This document shows positions 55,506 to 64,000 of a stretch of 64,000 nt of DNA, in pieces. Position 1 is the stretch's first letter, and each line of letters starts with the position of its first letter. Below the pieces are notes generated by a model, which worked only from the letters and a program-made list of their open reading frames with translations, was not told where the DNA came from and did not search any database. Location of the stretch: NCBI GenBank assembly GCA_965205975.1, contig OZ242195.1, forward strand, positions 512,001 to 576,000, given 5' to 3'. Position numbers and translations under genes: made by a program. Source of the DNA: Candidatus Latescibacterota bacterium. Its GTDB lineage: Bacteria; Latescibacterota; UBA2968.

Positions 55506-57218
55506 ATGTCTTACACGGTAATGGCCCGAAAGCGAAGGCCACAGGCATTTGAAACAGTGGTTGCACAAAGCCATGTGACCACCACATTGCAAAACGCCAT
55601 TCGGCTGGAGCGGGTGGCGCAATCGTACCTGTTTTCCGGGCCGAGAGGAACGGGTAAGACCACGACGGCGCGATTGCTCGCCATGGCACTCAATTGCGAG
55701 CAGGGGCCAACGGCTGAACCGTGTGGAGAGTGTGCTTCGTGTGTTGCCATCCGTCAGGGCAACAGCATGGATGTGCTGGAGATTGACGGGGCTTCGAATC
55801 GCGGGATTGATGAAATCAGGCAATTGCGGGAAGAGGTGGGGTATGCGGCTTCGCAAGGCAAGCGCAAGGTTTATATTATCGATGAAGTACACATGCTTAC
55901 TACCGAGGCTTTTAATGCCTTGCTCAAAACGCTCGAAGAACCGCCAGCGCATGTTGTTTTTGTATTTGCAACTACTGAAGCCCACAAAGTACCCGAGACC
56001 ATTTTATCCCGGTGTCAGCGCTACAATTTCCGGCGCATTCCACCCACGGCAATTGTGGAAGAGCTCAAAAGGGCTGTGGATGAAGAAGGCGTAACAGCGG
56101 AAGAAACGGCGCTGTTTTTGATCGCGCGAAAAGCCGATGGGGGCATGCGCGATGCACTGAGTTTGTTGGATCAGGTCATTGCATTTTCAGATGCTGGTAT
56201 TACGGAAGATGCGGTACAAAATTTACTGGGTTTGATTCCTCGGGATGTGTATTTTGACCTGACGCAGGCCATTGTGGAGCGGGATGGTGCCCGCGCATTG
56301 GGGATTGTTGACGAACTGGCACGCGAAGGCAGTGACCTGGGTGAATTTGTGGCGGGGCTGATGGCGCATTTTCGACATTTGCTCGTTGCTTGTGCCGCAG
56401 GAGATTTAACGGATGAACCAGAAGCTGACCGCGTGCAGTATGCAGAGGTTGCCGAGCAATTTGAAGAGGCAGATCTCGTGCGCATGCTCAATGCCGTGGG
56501 GGAATTGGAAACGCAGATTAGTCGGGTGACCGAGCCGCGATTTTGGCTTGAATTGACGGTTATGAAGCTGGTACAGATGACGTCAAGTGTAGATTTGCAG
56601 GTTTTGATTAGTCGATTAGAACAACTCGAACGGGGGTTAAAAAGCCAGGGAACGGCTACTGAAACGCGGCGGCCATTGCCCAGGCCCCAATCTGCACAAA
56701 AAGCGACATCATCTGGATCTGGCCCGCGTGCCAGGGTAGATAAGTTACTGCCGCCAAAAGCCGATCCCAAATCTTCACCTCCGCAACCGCAGGGCAACGG
56801 TCATCCTCTGGTGAAACAGCCAGAAGAAGAAATACCTCCAATGTCAGATGTGTCTTCAGAAGAGCCGCCAGATTTTTCTATTATAAAAGATAAGTGGGCA
56901 GAACTGGTACAGGCAGTGAAGAGCAAGAGCATATCGGTGGGCACATTTTTGGCCGAAGGCCGCCCGCAATCAATGGATGGGCGACTTTTAATGGTGTCCT
57001 TTCACAAGCAGAGCCACGAATTTCACGCCAATCAGGTGCGGCGCAGCCGCGCTCTGGTTGAAGAAGTTGCGCGCGGTGTTTTTGGAGGTACAGTCACCAT
57101 CTCATGTAAGGTTGTTTACGATGATAATAAAGAGCAAATAGTTGAGGAGATGGGTGCAGAAGAAGATGAGCGCGTGCAGATGGTGATGCAGGTGTTTAGT
57201 GGGGAAGTAATCAGGTAG
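55506..57218 (+). CDS. dnaX: DNA polymerase III subunit gamma/tau
   Basis: ARK.RPQ.F, GPRGTGKTT, CGECASC, EIDGASNRG, IIDEVHML, SRCQ. Confidence 0.96.
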   Translation: MSYTVMARKRRPQAFETVVAQSHVTTTLQNAIRLERVAQSYLFSGPRGTGKTTTARLLAMALNCEQGPTAEPCGECASCVAIRQGNSMDVLEIDGASNRGIDEIRQLREEVGYAASQGKRKVYIIDEVHMLTTEAFNALLKTLEEPPAHVVFVFATTEAHKVPETILSRCQRYNFRRIPPTAIVEELKRAVDEEGVTAEETALFLIARKADGGMRDALSLLDQVIAFSDAGITEDAVQNLLGLIPRDVYFDLTQAIVERDGARALGIVDELAREGSDLGEFVAGLMAHFRHLLVACAAGDLTDEPEADRVQYAEVAEQFEEADLVRMLNAVGELETQISRVTEPRFWLELTVMKLVQMTSSVDLQVLISRLEQLERGLKSQGTATETRRPLPRPQSAQKATSSGSGPRARVDKLLPPKADPKSSPPQPQGNGHPLVKQPEEEIPPMSDVSSEEPPDFSIIKDKWAELVQAVKSKSISVGTFLAEGRPQSMDGRLLMVSFHKQSHEFHANQVRRSRALVEEVARGVFGGTVTISCKVVYDDNKEQIVEEMGAEEDERVQMVMQVFSGEVIR

Positions 57219-57260
57219 GGATTGCTGCGTTGGGAACATTGCTTTTTAAGGAGATAGAGT

Positions 57261-57587
57261 ATGGCAAAAGGTATGGGCGCAATGATGAAGCAGGCTCAAA
57301 AGTTGCAGGCCAAGCTGTCGAGAGTGCAAGATGAACTGGGTGCAAAAGAGGTAGAGGCAACTTCGGGTGGGGGTATGGTGACAGTAAGGGCCAGTGGTCA
57401 TCAAGATATTTTGTCGATAAAAATTGATCCCGAAGTCGTCGATCCCGAAGATGTGGAAATGTTGGAAGACCTGGTGCTGGCAGCGGTTCAGCAGGCGCGT
57501 CAAAAAGCTGCGGACATGGCCGAGGCAGAAATGCAGAAAGCCACAGCGGGCCTTATTCCGCCCGGCATGAATATGCCGGGGTTCTGA
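57261..57587 (+). CDS. ybaB: YbaB/EbfC nucleoid-associated protein
   Basis: MMKQAQKLQ, SGGGMVTV, DVEMLEDLVLAA; between dnaX and recR. Confidence 0.95.
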   Translation: MAKGMGAMMKQAQKLQAKLSRVQDELGAKEVEATSGGGMVTVRASGHQDILSIKIDPEVVDPEDVEMLEDLVLAAVQQARQKAADMAEAEMQKATAGLIPPGMNMPGF

Positions 57588-57632
57588 GATTGGAAACGCG
57601 AAGTCCTCGCACGATAGTTTTTGGAGTTTTCC

Positions 57633-58226
57633 ATGGCATCAGAAGCCATTGAAAAATTGATTGTCGCTTTGAATCGGTTGCCAGGGATCGGTGCTAAAAC
57701 AGCACGCCGTCTCGCGCTGGAGATGTTGACATGGGATACGGATGAGGTGCGCGAACTCGCCGATTTGATGGTGGATGTCAAGACCCGGGTGAGGCGGTGC
57801 TCAATTTGTTTTAATTTGACTGAGGTTGAGCCGTGTTCTGTGTGCAGCGATATGCGTCGAGATCGTTCCAGTGTGATGGTAATTGATTTTATCGGCGATC
57901 TTTTGGCATTTGAGCGCACCGGACTTTATCGGGGGCTTTATCACGTACTGGACGGGCGAATTTCGCCTCTGGATGGTATTGGTCCAGAAGACTTGAATAT
58001 TTCCCAGTTGCTCCACCGCTTGCGCCAGGGGGAAATTCGGGAAGTGATTCTCGCCAACGGCCCGACGGTAGAGGGCGATGCCACAGCACAATATTTGTCT
58101 CAATGTTTGACTCCGTTTGAAGTATCTGTCACACAAATTGCGCGCGGGTTGCCAGTGGGCAGTGATCTCGCCCTGGCCGATCAAGTGACATTGTCACGTG
58201 CGCTGGAAGGCCGTCGGGAGTATTAA
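57633..58226 (+). CDS. recR: Recombination protein RecR
   Basis: LPGIGAKTARRLA, C4 zinc finger, YHVL.G.ISPLDGIGP, EGDATA, IARGLPVG. Confidence 0.96.
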   Translation: MASEAIEKLIVALNRLPGIGAKTARRLALEMLTWDTDEVRELADLMVDVKTRVRRCSICFNLTEVEPCSVCSDMRRDRSSVMVIDFIGDLLAFERTGLYRGLYHVLDGRISPLDGIGPEDLNISQLLHRLRQGEIREVILANGPTVEGDATAQYLSQCLTPFEVSVTQIARGLPVGSDLALADQVTLSRALEGRREY

Positions 58227-58868
58227 ATGCCCCAGGTAAATACCATAGAGTCTAATCGCATGACAATGCCTGAGCCGCATACCCCAAATCGGTTGTGGAC
58301 AGTGCCCAATGTCTTAACAGTGTCGCGTCTGTTGCTTACGCCTGTGTTTTTGCTGTTGATTTTTGCTGCCAACTGGTATTTCAAAATCCTCGCACTACTC
58401 GTATTTACCGTAGCCTCGCTGACCGATTTCTACGATGGGCGCATCGCGAGGCGCGATGGCACAGTGACCAATTTTGGTCGCTTTATGGATCCGCTGGCCG
58501 ATAAGTTACTGGTATCTGCGGCATTGATTGCATTTGTGCATTTGGGCATGGTTGAAGCATGGCTTATCGGAGCGATGCTCGTGCGAGATGTCGTAATTAC
58601 GGGATTGCGAATTTTTGCGATTCGGCGCGGCAAGCCCGTGGTAACTTCACAACTTGCCAAGTGGAAAACAATGCTGCAATTGGTGCTTGTTTTTGGAATT
58701 TTGATCTTTATTAATGTGCGGGTAGTTGAAGCCGAATTGGCTGCCCAACCAATTGTGCTCGTGGGCGATATTTCTTATTGGGTTTTGAATGTCCTGGTGG
58801 CTGTAGTGACCCTCGTTGCCGTAATTTCAGGCGTCCGATATTTAATTGAAAATCGCAAGACGTTTTGA
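58227..58868 (+). CDS. pgsA: CDP-diacylglycerol--glycerol-3-phosphate phosphatidyltransferase (start may be 58260)
   Basis: PN.LT..R, TDFYDG.IAR, T.FG.FMDPLADK, KWKT..Q. Confidence 0.93.
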   Translation: MPQVNTIESNRMTMPEPHTPNRLWTVPNVLTVSRLLLTPVFLLLIFAANWYFKILALLVFTVASLTDFYDGRIARRDGTVTNFGRFMDPLADKLLVSAALIAFVHLGMVEAWLIGAMLVRDVVITGLRIFAIRRGKPVVTSQLAKWKTMLQLVLVFGILIFINVRVVEAELAAQPIVLVGDISYWVLNVLVAVVTLVAVISGVRYLIENRKTF

Positions 58869-58890
58869 GGCGAGCGAATAGCTAACTGCT

Positions 58891-59370
58891 ATGACAGATT
58901 TTCGGCCTCCTGAGCCATCATTTTTTGTCCGGTTGATTGCAACCGGCTTTTTTTCTGGCTATTCGAGTTTTGCCCCGGGCACAGCCGGGTCAGGCGTGGC
59001 ATTGGTGATTTATTGTCTGTTGCCACCACTGAACTCGTGGGCGTGGGGTGGGCTACTGGTGGGGCTATTTTTCGTAGGGGTTTATACATCCGGGGCATGT
59101 GAAAAAGCCTGGGGTAAAGATCCCAGATATGTGGTGATTGACGAGTTTGTGGGTTTTTTTGTGACGGTAAGTCTGTTTCCGCAGTCGGTGTTGATGGGCA
59201 TTGTTGGCTTTGTCGTGTTTCGAATACTGGATATTACTAAGCCACCGCCCGCTCGACAGGTCGAGGCATTGCCCGGTGGGTGGGGTATTGTAGGTGACGA
59301 CGTGATTGTGGGAATTTATGGACATCTGATTCTGATATTATGGCTGGCATTCGCACCTTTGTCGCATTAG
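58891..59370 (+). CDS. pgpA: Phosphatidylglycerophosphatase A
   Basis: APGTAGS, DP..VVIDE..G, FR.LDI.KP.P, GG.GI..DD. Confidence 0.93.
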   Translation: MTDFRPPEPSFFVRLIATGFFSGYSSFAPGTAGSGVALVIYCLLPPLNSWAWGGLLVGLFFVGVYTSGACEKAWGKDPRYVVIDEFVGFFVTVSLFPQSVLMGIVGFVVFRILDITKPPPARQVEALPGGWGIVGDDVIVGIYGHLILILWLAFAPLSH

Positions 59371-59402
59371 AGATGTCCCGTTTTAGATCGCTAAATAGTT
59401 TC

Positions 59403-59431
59403 TTGACGTATATACAAATGTTCACTATACT
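59403..59431 (+). promoter_or_regulatory. recA promoter
   Basis: TTGACG-17 nt-TATACT. Confidence 0.7.
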
Positions 59432-59500
59432 TGTTGCACATTGTGCGGTGCAGGAGACGAGAGGGGCTGCGCCGTGATCCCAAACCTTTTGTAAGGAGAG

Positions 59501-60571
59501 ATGCAGATGGCCAAACGCAACAACATTAAAGGTACGCAACAAAATGATGGCAAACAGCAAGCAATAGACAACGCGATTGCCCAAATCGAAAAGCAATTTG
59601 GACAGGGGGCTATTATGCGCCTGGGAGGCGAAGATGGGCAACCCCTTGTAACAGAGGTTATTCCGACGGGTTCTCTAAGCCTGGATGTCGCATTGGGTGC
59701 TGGTGGCGTTCCCCAGGGAAGAGTGGTTGAAATATATGGTCCTGAAGGATCGGGCAAAACGACTTTGATTTTGCACATTATTGCCGAGGCACAAAAGCGC
59801 GGTGGGGCAGCGGCTTTTGTCGATGCAGAACACGCATTGAATGTAGAATTGGCCGAGCGCCTGGGCGTAGATATCGAAAACTTATTGATCGCCCAGCCCG
59901 ATACGGGTGAAGAAGCACTCGAAATTACAGATACTCTCGTGCGTAGTGGTGCTTTTGAGGTCGTGGCTTTAGACTCTGTGGCTGCCCTGGTGCCGCGTGC
60001 TGAACTCGAAGGTGATATGGGTGATTCTCACATGGGCTTGCACGCCCGTCTGATGTCTCAAGCCCTGCGCAAACTCGTCGGATCAATCAGTCAGTCTAAA
60101 ACCTGTGTGATCTTTGCCAATCAGATTCGCATGAAGATCGGCGTGATGTTTGGCAATCCCGAGACGACCACCGGTGGCCGTGCGCTTCCGTTTTACGCAT
60201 CGGTGCGTATAGATATTCGACGCATTGGCTCTATTAAAGATGGGCAAGAGGTCGTTGGCAATCGCGTTCGGATTCGCGTGGTGAAAAACAAGATGGCACC
60301 GCCTTTTAAGGAATGTGAAGTCGATCTGATGTTTGGGGAAGGCATTTCCAGAGAGGGCAGTTTGATCGATATGGCCGAATTGCACGGTATTATCAAGAAA
60401 AGTGGTACCTGGTTCTCTTATGGCGATGATCGGCTTGGGCAGGGGCGAGAAAATGTCAAGCGTCATCTGAAAGAGAACGCGGATTTGTCTGCAAAAATCG
60501 AACGCGAGGTGCGCGAGGTCGTGGGGCTTCCCGTGGATAAAGTGTTTGAGCTCGAAGAAGAACCCGCATAA
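59501..60571 (+). CDS. recA: Recombinase A (start may be 59507)
   Basis: [67 protein letters not shown]. Confidence 0.98.
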   Translation: MQMAKRNNIKGTQQNDGKQQAIDNAIAQIEKQFGQGAIMRLGGEDGQPLVTEVIPTGSLSLDVALGAGGVPQGRVVEIYGPEGSGKTTLILHIIAEAQKRGGAAAFVDAEHALNVELAERLGVDIENLLIAQPDTGEEALEITDTLVRSGAFEVVALDSVAALVPRAELEGDMGDSHMGLHARLMSQALRKLVGSISQSKTCVIFANQIRMKIGVMFGNPETTTGGRALPFYASVRIDIRRIGSIKDGQEVVGNRVRIRVVKNKMAPPFKECEVDLMFGEGISREGSLIDMAELHGIIKKSGTWFSYGDDRLGQGRENVKRHLKENADLSAKIEREVREVVGLPVDKVFELEEEPA

Positions 60572-60700
60572 GTATGTTGTTGACATCTCAACTTTCTCTA
60601 ATTTAATTCATAACGGATTTTACATGATAAAAACTGGGAATCTTTGTTGGTTATAATGTCACCTTTTTATTTTCCCAGCCTTCAGAGAAATTGAGAAAGG

Positions 60701-63661
60701 ATGTCGCAAATGTTTTTGAACAAAGGAATGTTGTTTATTACTGTCCTTGTGTTGCTGTTATGCGTGGGGCAAGTCTCTGCTGGTTCCGTAGGCAATCAGG
60801 ATGATACTACGCAGCCTGGAGATCTCAACAGCGATGGGATGGTTAACTTTGCGGATTTTTTGTTATTTGCGAGCCTGTTTGGAGTAAGTCAAGGCGATGA
60901 TAGGTATGATGCCCGGGCTGATCTGGACGGAGATGGTACGATAGGTTTTGGCGATTTTTTGGCCTTTGTCAGTGCCTTTGGCACATCTGGTCCTGGCGAT
61001 GGTGGCGGTGGTGCCCCTGATCTCATTGTTATAGCACCTTCGGTGAGCGATACCACGCTGGCGCCTGAGCAGATGTTCACACTGAATGCGACGGTACGCA
61101 ACGCTGGGAATGGACAAGCCGCGGAGACGACGCTGACGTATTACAGCTCGACCGATGCGACGATCACAACGAGTGATACACAGGTTGGCACGAGTGCCAT
61201 AGACAGTCTCAATGCTGGAAGCACGAGTGGTCAGTCGATTGACTTGAATGCGCCATCGAGTGCCGGCACGTACTATTACGGTGCCTGCGTGGCGAGCGTC
61301 AGTGGGGAGAGCAATACGGATAACAACTGCTCAGCTGGGGTGAGTGTCACGGTCAGCGATGGCGGGGAAGGTGGTCAAGGCAGTGGTGAGACGTCCTTCG
61401 ATCTGGACCGCAACAACAATCCGCAGGATATCCTCTATGTCAATAATCGATTCTATGTGCTTGATCAGGAGGGTGCAAGGGTCTATGGGTACGGGGGTGA
61501 CGGTCAGCGTGATGCGAATGCCGACTTCCGTCTGGATAGCGGTGCCCCGCAGAGTATCACCTTTGCCAATGACCGATTCTATGTAGTTGATGATACGGAT
61601 GATAAGGTCTATGGATATGGGAGTGACGGTCAGCGCGATGCGGGTGCAGACTTCGATTTGGGTATCAGTGATCCGAGGGGTATCGCCTTTGCCAACGACC
61701 GGTTCTTTGTGGTTAATGACGGGGATGATAAGGTCTATGGATATGGGAGTGACGGTCAGCGCGATGCGGGTGCAGACTTTGATCTGGGTATCAGCGATCC
61801 GATGGGTATCACCTTTGCCAATGACCGATTCTATGTGGTTAATGACGGGGATAATAGGGTCTATGTGTACACGAGTTCTGGTCAGCGTGTTGAGGATGCA
61901 GGCTTCCGCTTGTTTACCGGTGATCCGAGGGGTATCGCCTTTGCCAACAACCGATTCTATGTGGTTGATTTCTGGAATGATAAGGTCTATGGGCACGGGA
62001 GTGACGGGCGGCGTGATTCGGCTGGAGACTTCGACCTGCATAGCAACAACACTCCGCAAGGTATTGCCTACGTCAACGACCGATTCTATGTGCTCGATGT
62101 GGATGATGGGAAGGTCTATGTGTATGGGAGTGATGGTCAGCGCGATGCGGCAGCAGACTTCGACCTGGTTAACAGTGATCCGTTTAGTATTACCTATGCC
62201 AATGACCGATTCTATGTGCTCGATCCCTCGGACCTAAAGGTCTATGTGTACACGAGTTCTGGTCAGCGTGTTGAGGATGCAGACTTCGACCTGGCTGGCA
62301 ACAACGATGATCCATCGGGTATCAGCTATATCAACGAGCAATTCTATGTGCTTGATCCCACAGATGAAAAGGTTTATGTGTACACGAGTTCTGGTCAGCG
62401 TGATGCGATTGCAGACTTCAATCTGGCTAACAGTTCTCCGTCGGGTCTCACCTTTGTCAACAATCTATTCTATGTGCTTGATTCCGCAGATGAAAAGGTT
62501 TATGTGTACACGAGTTCTGGTCAGCGTGTTGCAGCTGCAGACTTTGATGTGGCTTTCAGTTCTCCGGTGGGTCTCATCTATGTCGGCAACCAATTCTATG
62601 TACTTGATATCGAAGGTGCAAAGGCTCATTGGTACACGAGTGCCGACCCAAGTCCTGATCTAATTGTTGTGGCGCCTTCGGTGAGCAATAGCAGCCCGAG
62701 TATCGACGAGGCCTTCGGTTTGAGTGTTGTGGTTCGCAATCAGGGCGCGGGTTCTTCGGCTGCGACGACCTTGCGTTTCTACCTCTCGCCCGACACGACG
62801 ATTACAACGAGTGATACAGTGGTTGGCACGGCTGCCATAGGTAGTCTCAATGCGGGAGGGCCGGATGGTCAGGCGATTGATTTGAATGCGCCATCAAGCG
62901 TGGGTATATACTACTACGGTGCGTGTGTCCAAAGCGTCAGTGGAGAGAGCGATACGGATAACAACTGCTCGAATGGGGTGCGTGTTTCGACTGCAAACTT
63001 TGATCTGGATGGCGACAACACTGATCCGGAAGGTATGACCTATGCCAACAACCGATTCTATGTGGTTGATGCCAGAGATACAAAGGTCTATGCGTACACG
63101 AGTTCTGGTCAGCGCGATGCGGCAGCAGACTTCGCCCTGGATGGCGGCAACACTGGTCCAGAAGATATCATCTATGCCAACAACCGGTTCTATGTGCTTG
63201 ATCGGGGAAATGTGTCTGATCGAGGGGATGAAAAGGTCTATGCGTACACGAGTTCTGGTCAGCGCGATGCGGCAGCAGACTTCGATCTGGATAGCAACAA
63301 CAGTACTCCGTCGAGTATGACCTATGCCAACGACCGATTCTATGTGGTTGATTTTTTGAGTGCAAAGGTCTATGCGTACACGAGTTCTGGTCAGGGTGAT
63401 GCGGCAGCAGACTTCGCCCTGGATGAAAACAATACTGATCCGTTTGGTATTAGCTATGTCAATGACCTATTCTATGTGGTTAATAACGCGGACGAGGGTG
63501 CACAGGTTTATGCGTACACGAGTTCTGGGCAACGTGATGAGGATGCGGATTTCAATCTGCCTAACAGTGATCCGTTTGGTGCTACCTATGTCAATGACCT
63601 ATTCTATGTGGTTGATAACGGAGATGATCAGGTCTATGCGTACACGAGTTCCGGACAATAA
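60701..63661 (+). CDS. Secreted/surface protein: signal peptide, dockerin/EF-hand, two CARDB-like Ig domains, 15 propeller-type repeats
   Basis: GDLNSDGMVNFADF and DLDGDGTIGFGDF; PDLIV...YYYGACV.SVSGES.TDNNCS twice; ~42-aa repeats FDL....P.GI.Y.NNRFYV.D..D.KVY.Y.S.GQRD (10 + 5). Confidence 0.88.
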   Translation: MSQMFLNKGMLFITVLVLLLCVGQVSAGSVGNQDDTTQPGDLNSDGMVNFADFLLFASLFGVSQGDDRYDARADLDGDGTIGFGDFLAFVSAFGTSGPGDGGGGAPDLIVIAPSVSDTTLAPEQMFTLNATVRNAGNGQAAETTLTYYSSTDATITTSDTQVGTSAIDSLNAGSTSGQSIDLNAPSSAGTYYYGACVASVSGESNTDNNCSAGVSVTVSDGGEGGQGSGETSFDLDRNNNPQDILYVNNRFYVLDQEGARVYGYGGDGQRDANADFRLDSGAPQSITFANDRFYVVDDTDDKVYGYGSDGQRDAGADFDLGISDPRGIAFANDRFFVVNDGDDKVYGYGSDGQRDAGADFDLGISDPMGITFANDRFYVVNDGDNRVYVYTSSGQRVEDAGFRLFTGDPRGIAFANNRFYVVDFWNDKVYGHGSDGRRDSAGDFDLHSNNTPQGIAYVNDRFYVLDVDDGKVYVYGSDGQRDAAADFDLVNSDPFSITYANDRFYVLDPSDLKVYVYTSSGQRVEDADFDLAGNNDDPSGISYINEQFYVLDPTDEKVYVYTSSGQRDAIADFNLANSSPSGLTFVNNLFYVLDSADEKVYVYTSSGQRVAAADFDVAFSSPVGLIYVGNQFYVLDIEGAKAHWYTSADPSPDLIVVAPSVSNSSPSIDEAFGLSVVVRNQGAGSSAATTLRFYLSPDTTITTSDTVVGTAAIGSLNAGGPDGQAIDLNAPSSVGIYYYGACVQSVSGESDTDNNCSNGVRVSTANFDLDGDNTDPEGMTYANNRFYVVDARDTKVYAYTSSGQRDAAADFALDGGNTGPEDIIYANNRFYVLDRGNVSDRGDEKVYAYTSSGQRDAAADFDLDSNNSTPSSMTYANDRFYVVDFLSAKVYAYTSSGQGDAAADFALDENNTDPFGISYVNDLFYVVNNADEGAQVYAYTSSGQRDEDADFNLPNSDPFGATYVNDLFYVVDNGDDQVYAYTSSGQ

Positions 63662-63765
63662 CGCACGGGGAACATGAGAAAGAAATCGCATTTTAGGCTT
63701 TGACAACAGAGTGGGTTTGCCTATTTTAATACCTGCTCTGTTGTTTTTTTTAACGAGAATTTGTC

Positions 63766-64000
63766 GTGAAATTAGAGACTGATAAAGCCGTTGAAAAGGC
63801 CAGGGCGTATGCCTTGCGCTTGCTGAGCAGACGTGCTTATACAAAAAAAGAGATTTGCGACAAACTCGCTGGACGAGGTTATGAGCAAGGCGCGATTGAA
63901 CAGACTCTCTCGATGCTCAAGCGTCTCAATTTAATTGATGATGTGTTGTTTGCGCGTCAATTTGTCGAGCAACGGTTGCGATTGCGGCCTTCTGGGCGGG
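63766..64000 (+). CDS. recX: Regulatory protein RecX (runs off the window)
   Basis: Not in the ORF track. GTG start reads MKLETDKAVEKARAYALRLLSRRAYTKKEICDKLAGRGY...L..LNLIDD..FA..FV. Confidence 0.88.
   Translation, partial: MKLETDKAVEKARAYALRLLSRRAYTKKEICDKLAGRGYEQGAIEQTLSMLKRLNLIDDVLFARQFVEQRLRLRPSGR

Noticed and set aside
56690..56710. dnaX -1 frameshift site
   Set aside because: CAAAAAG has only five As, not the A AAA AAG slippery heptamer.
61344..63677. Met-rich repetitive ORFs in an alternative frame; CRISPR-like or DGR-like periodicity
   Set aside because: Frame shadows of the protein repeats. The period is ~126 nt and coding, and no cas or reverse transcriptase gene is present.

Overview
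Bacterial chromosome segment with core genes and two accessory zones. The phyH-like dioxygenases, sulfatase, Sel1 protein and dockerin/propeller-repeat surface protein resemble sponge-associated FCB-type (Latescibacterota-like) genomes; that placement is inference only. Core content: ppdK (partial), tRNA-Lys, cysH, a cysM-JAB-CysO-Rrf2-cysK cluster, rpsT, a BlaI/BlaR1/TonB module, xylA, tRNA-Asn, an RpiB-family gene, tadA, two tRNA-Ser, tRNA-Ala, large SRP RNA, dnaX-ybaB-recR-pgsA-pgpA-recA and recX (partial). Accessory zone 1 (about 5.1-13.1 kb) lies between cysH and cysM. It carries the best novel-system candidate: five overlapping genes encoding a dynamin-like GTPase, a GTPase-less membrane partner, a membrane-anchored HerA/FtsK ATPase, a PD-(D/E)xK-like toxin and an immunity-like protein. 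Accessory zone 2 (about 33-52 kb) is a mosaic ending at the 3' end of tRNA-Asn. It holds a recombinase-like tail, direct-repeat scars, many broken toxin-antitoxin genes, and a NYN ribonuclease preceded by its own promoter and a structured ~150-nt RNA leader ending in a terminator-like hairpin. All family calls come from motif recognition by eye; no database searches were run.
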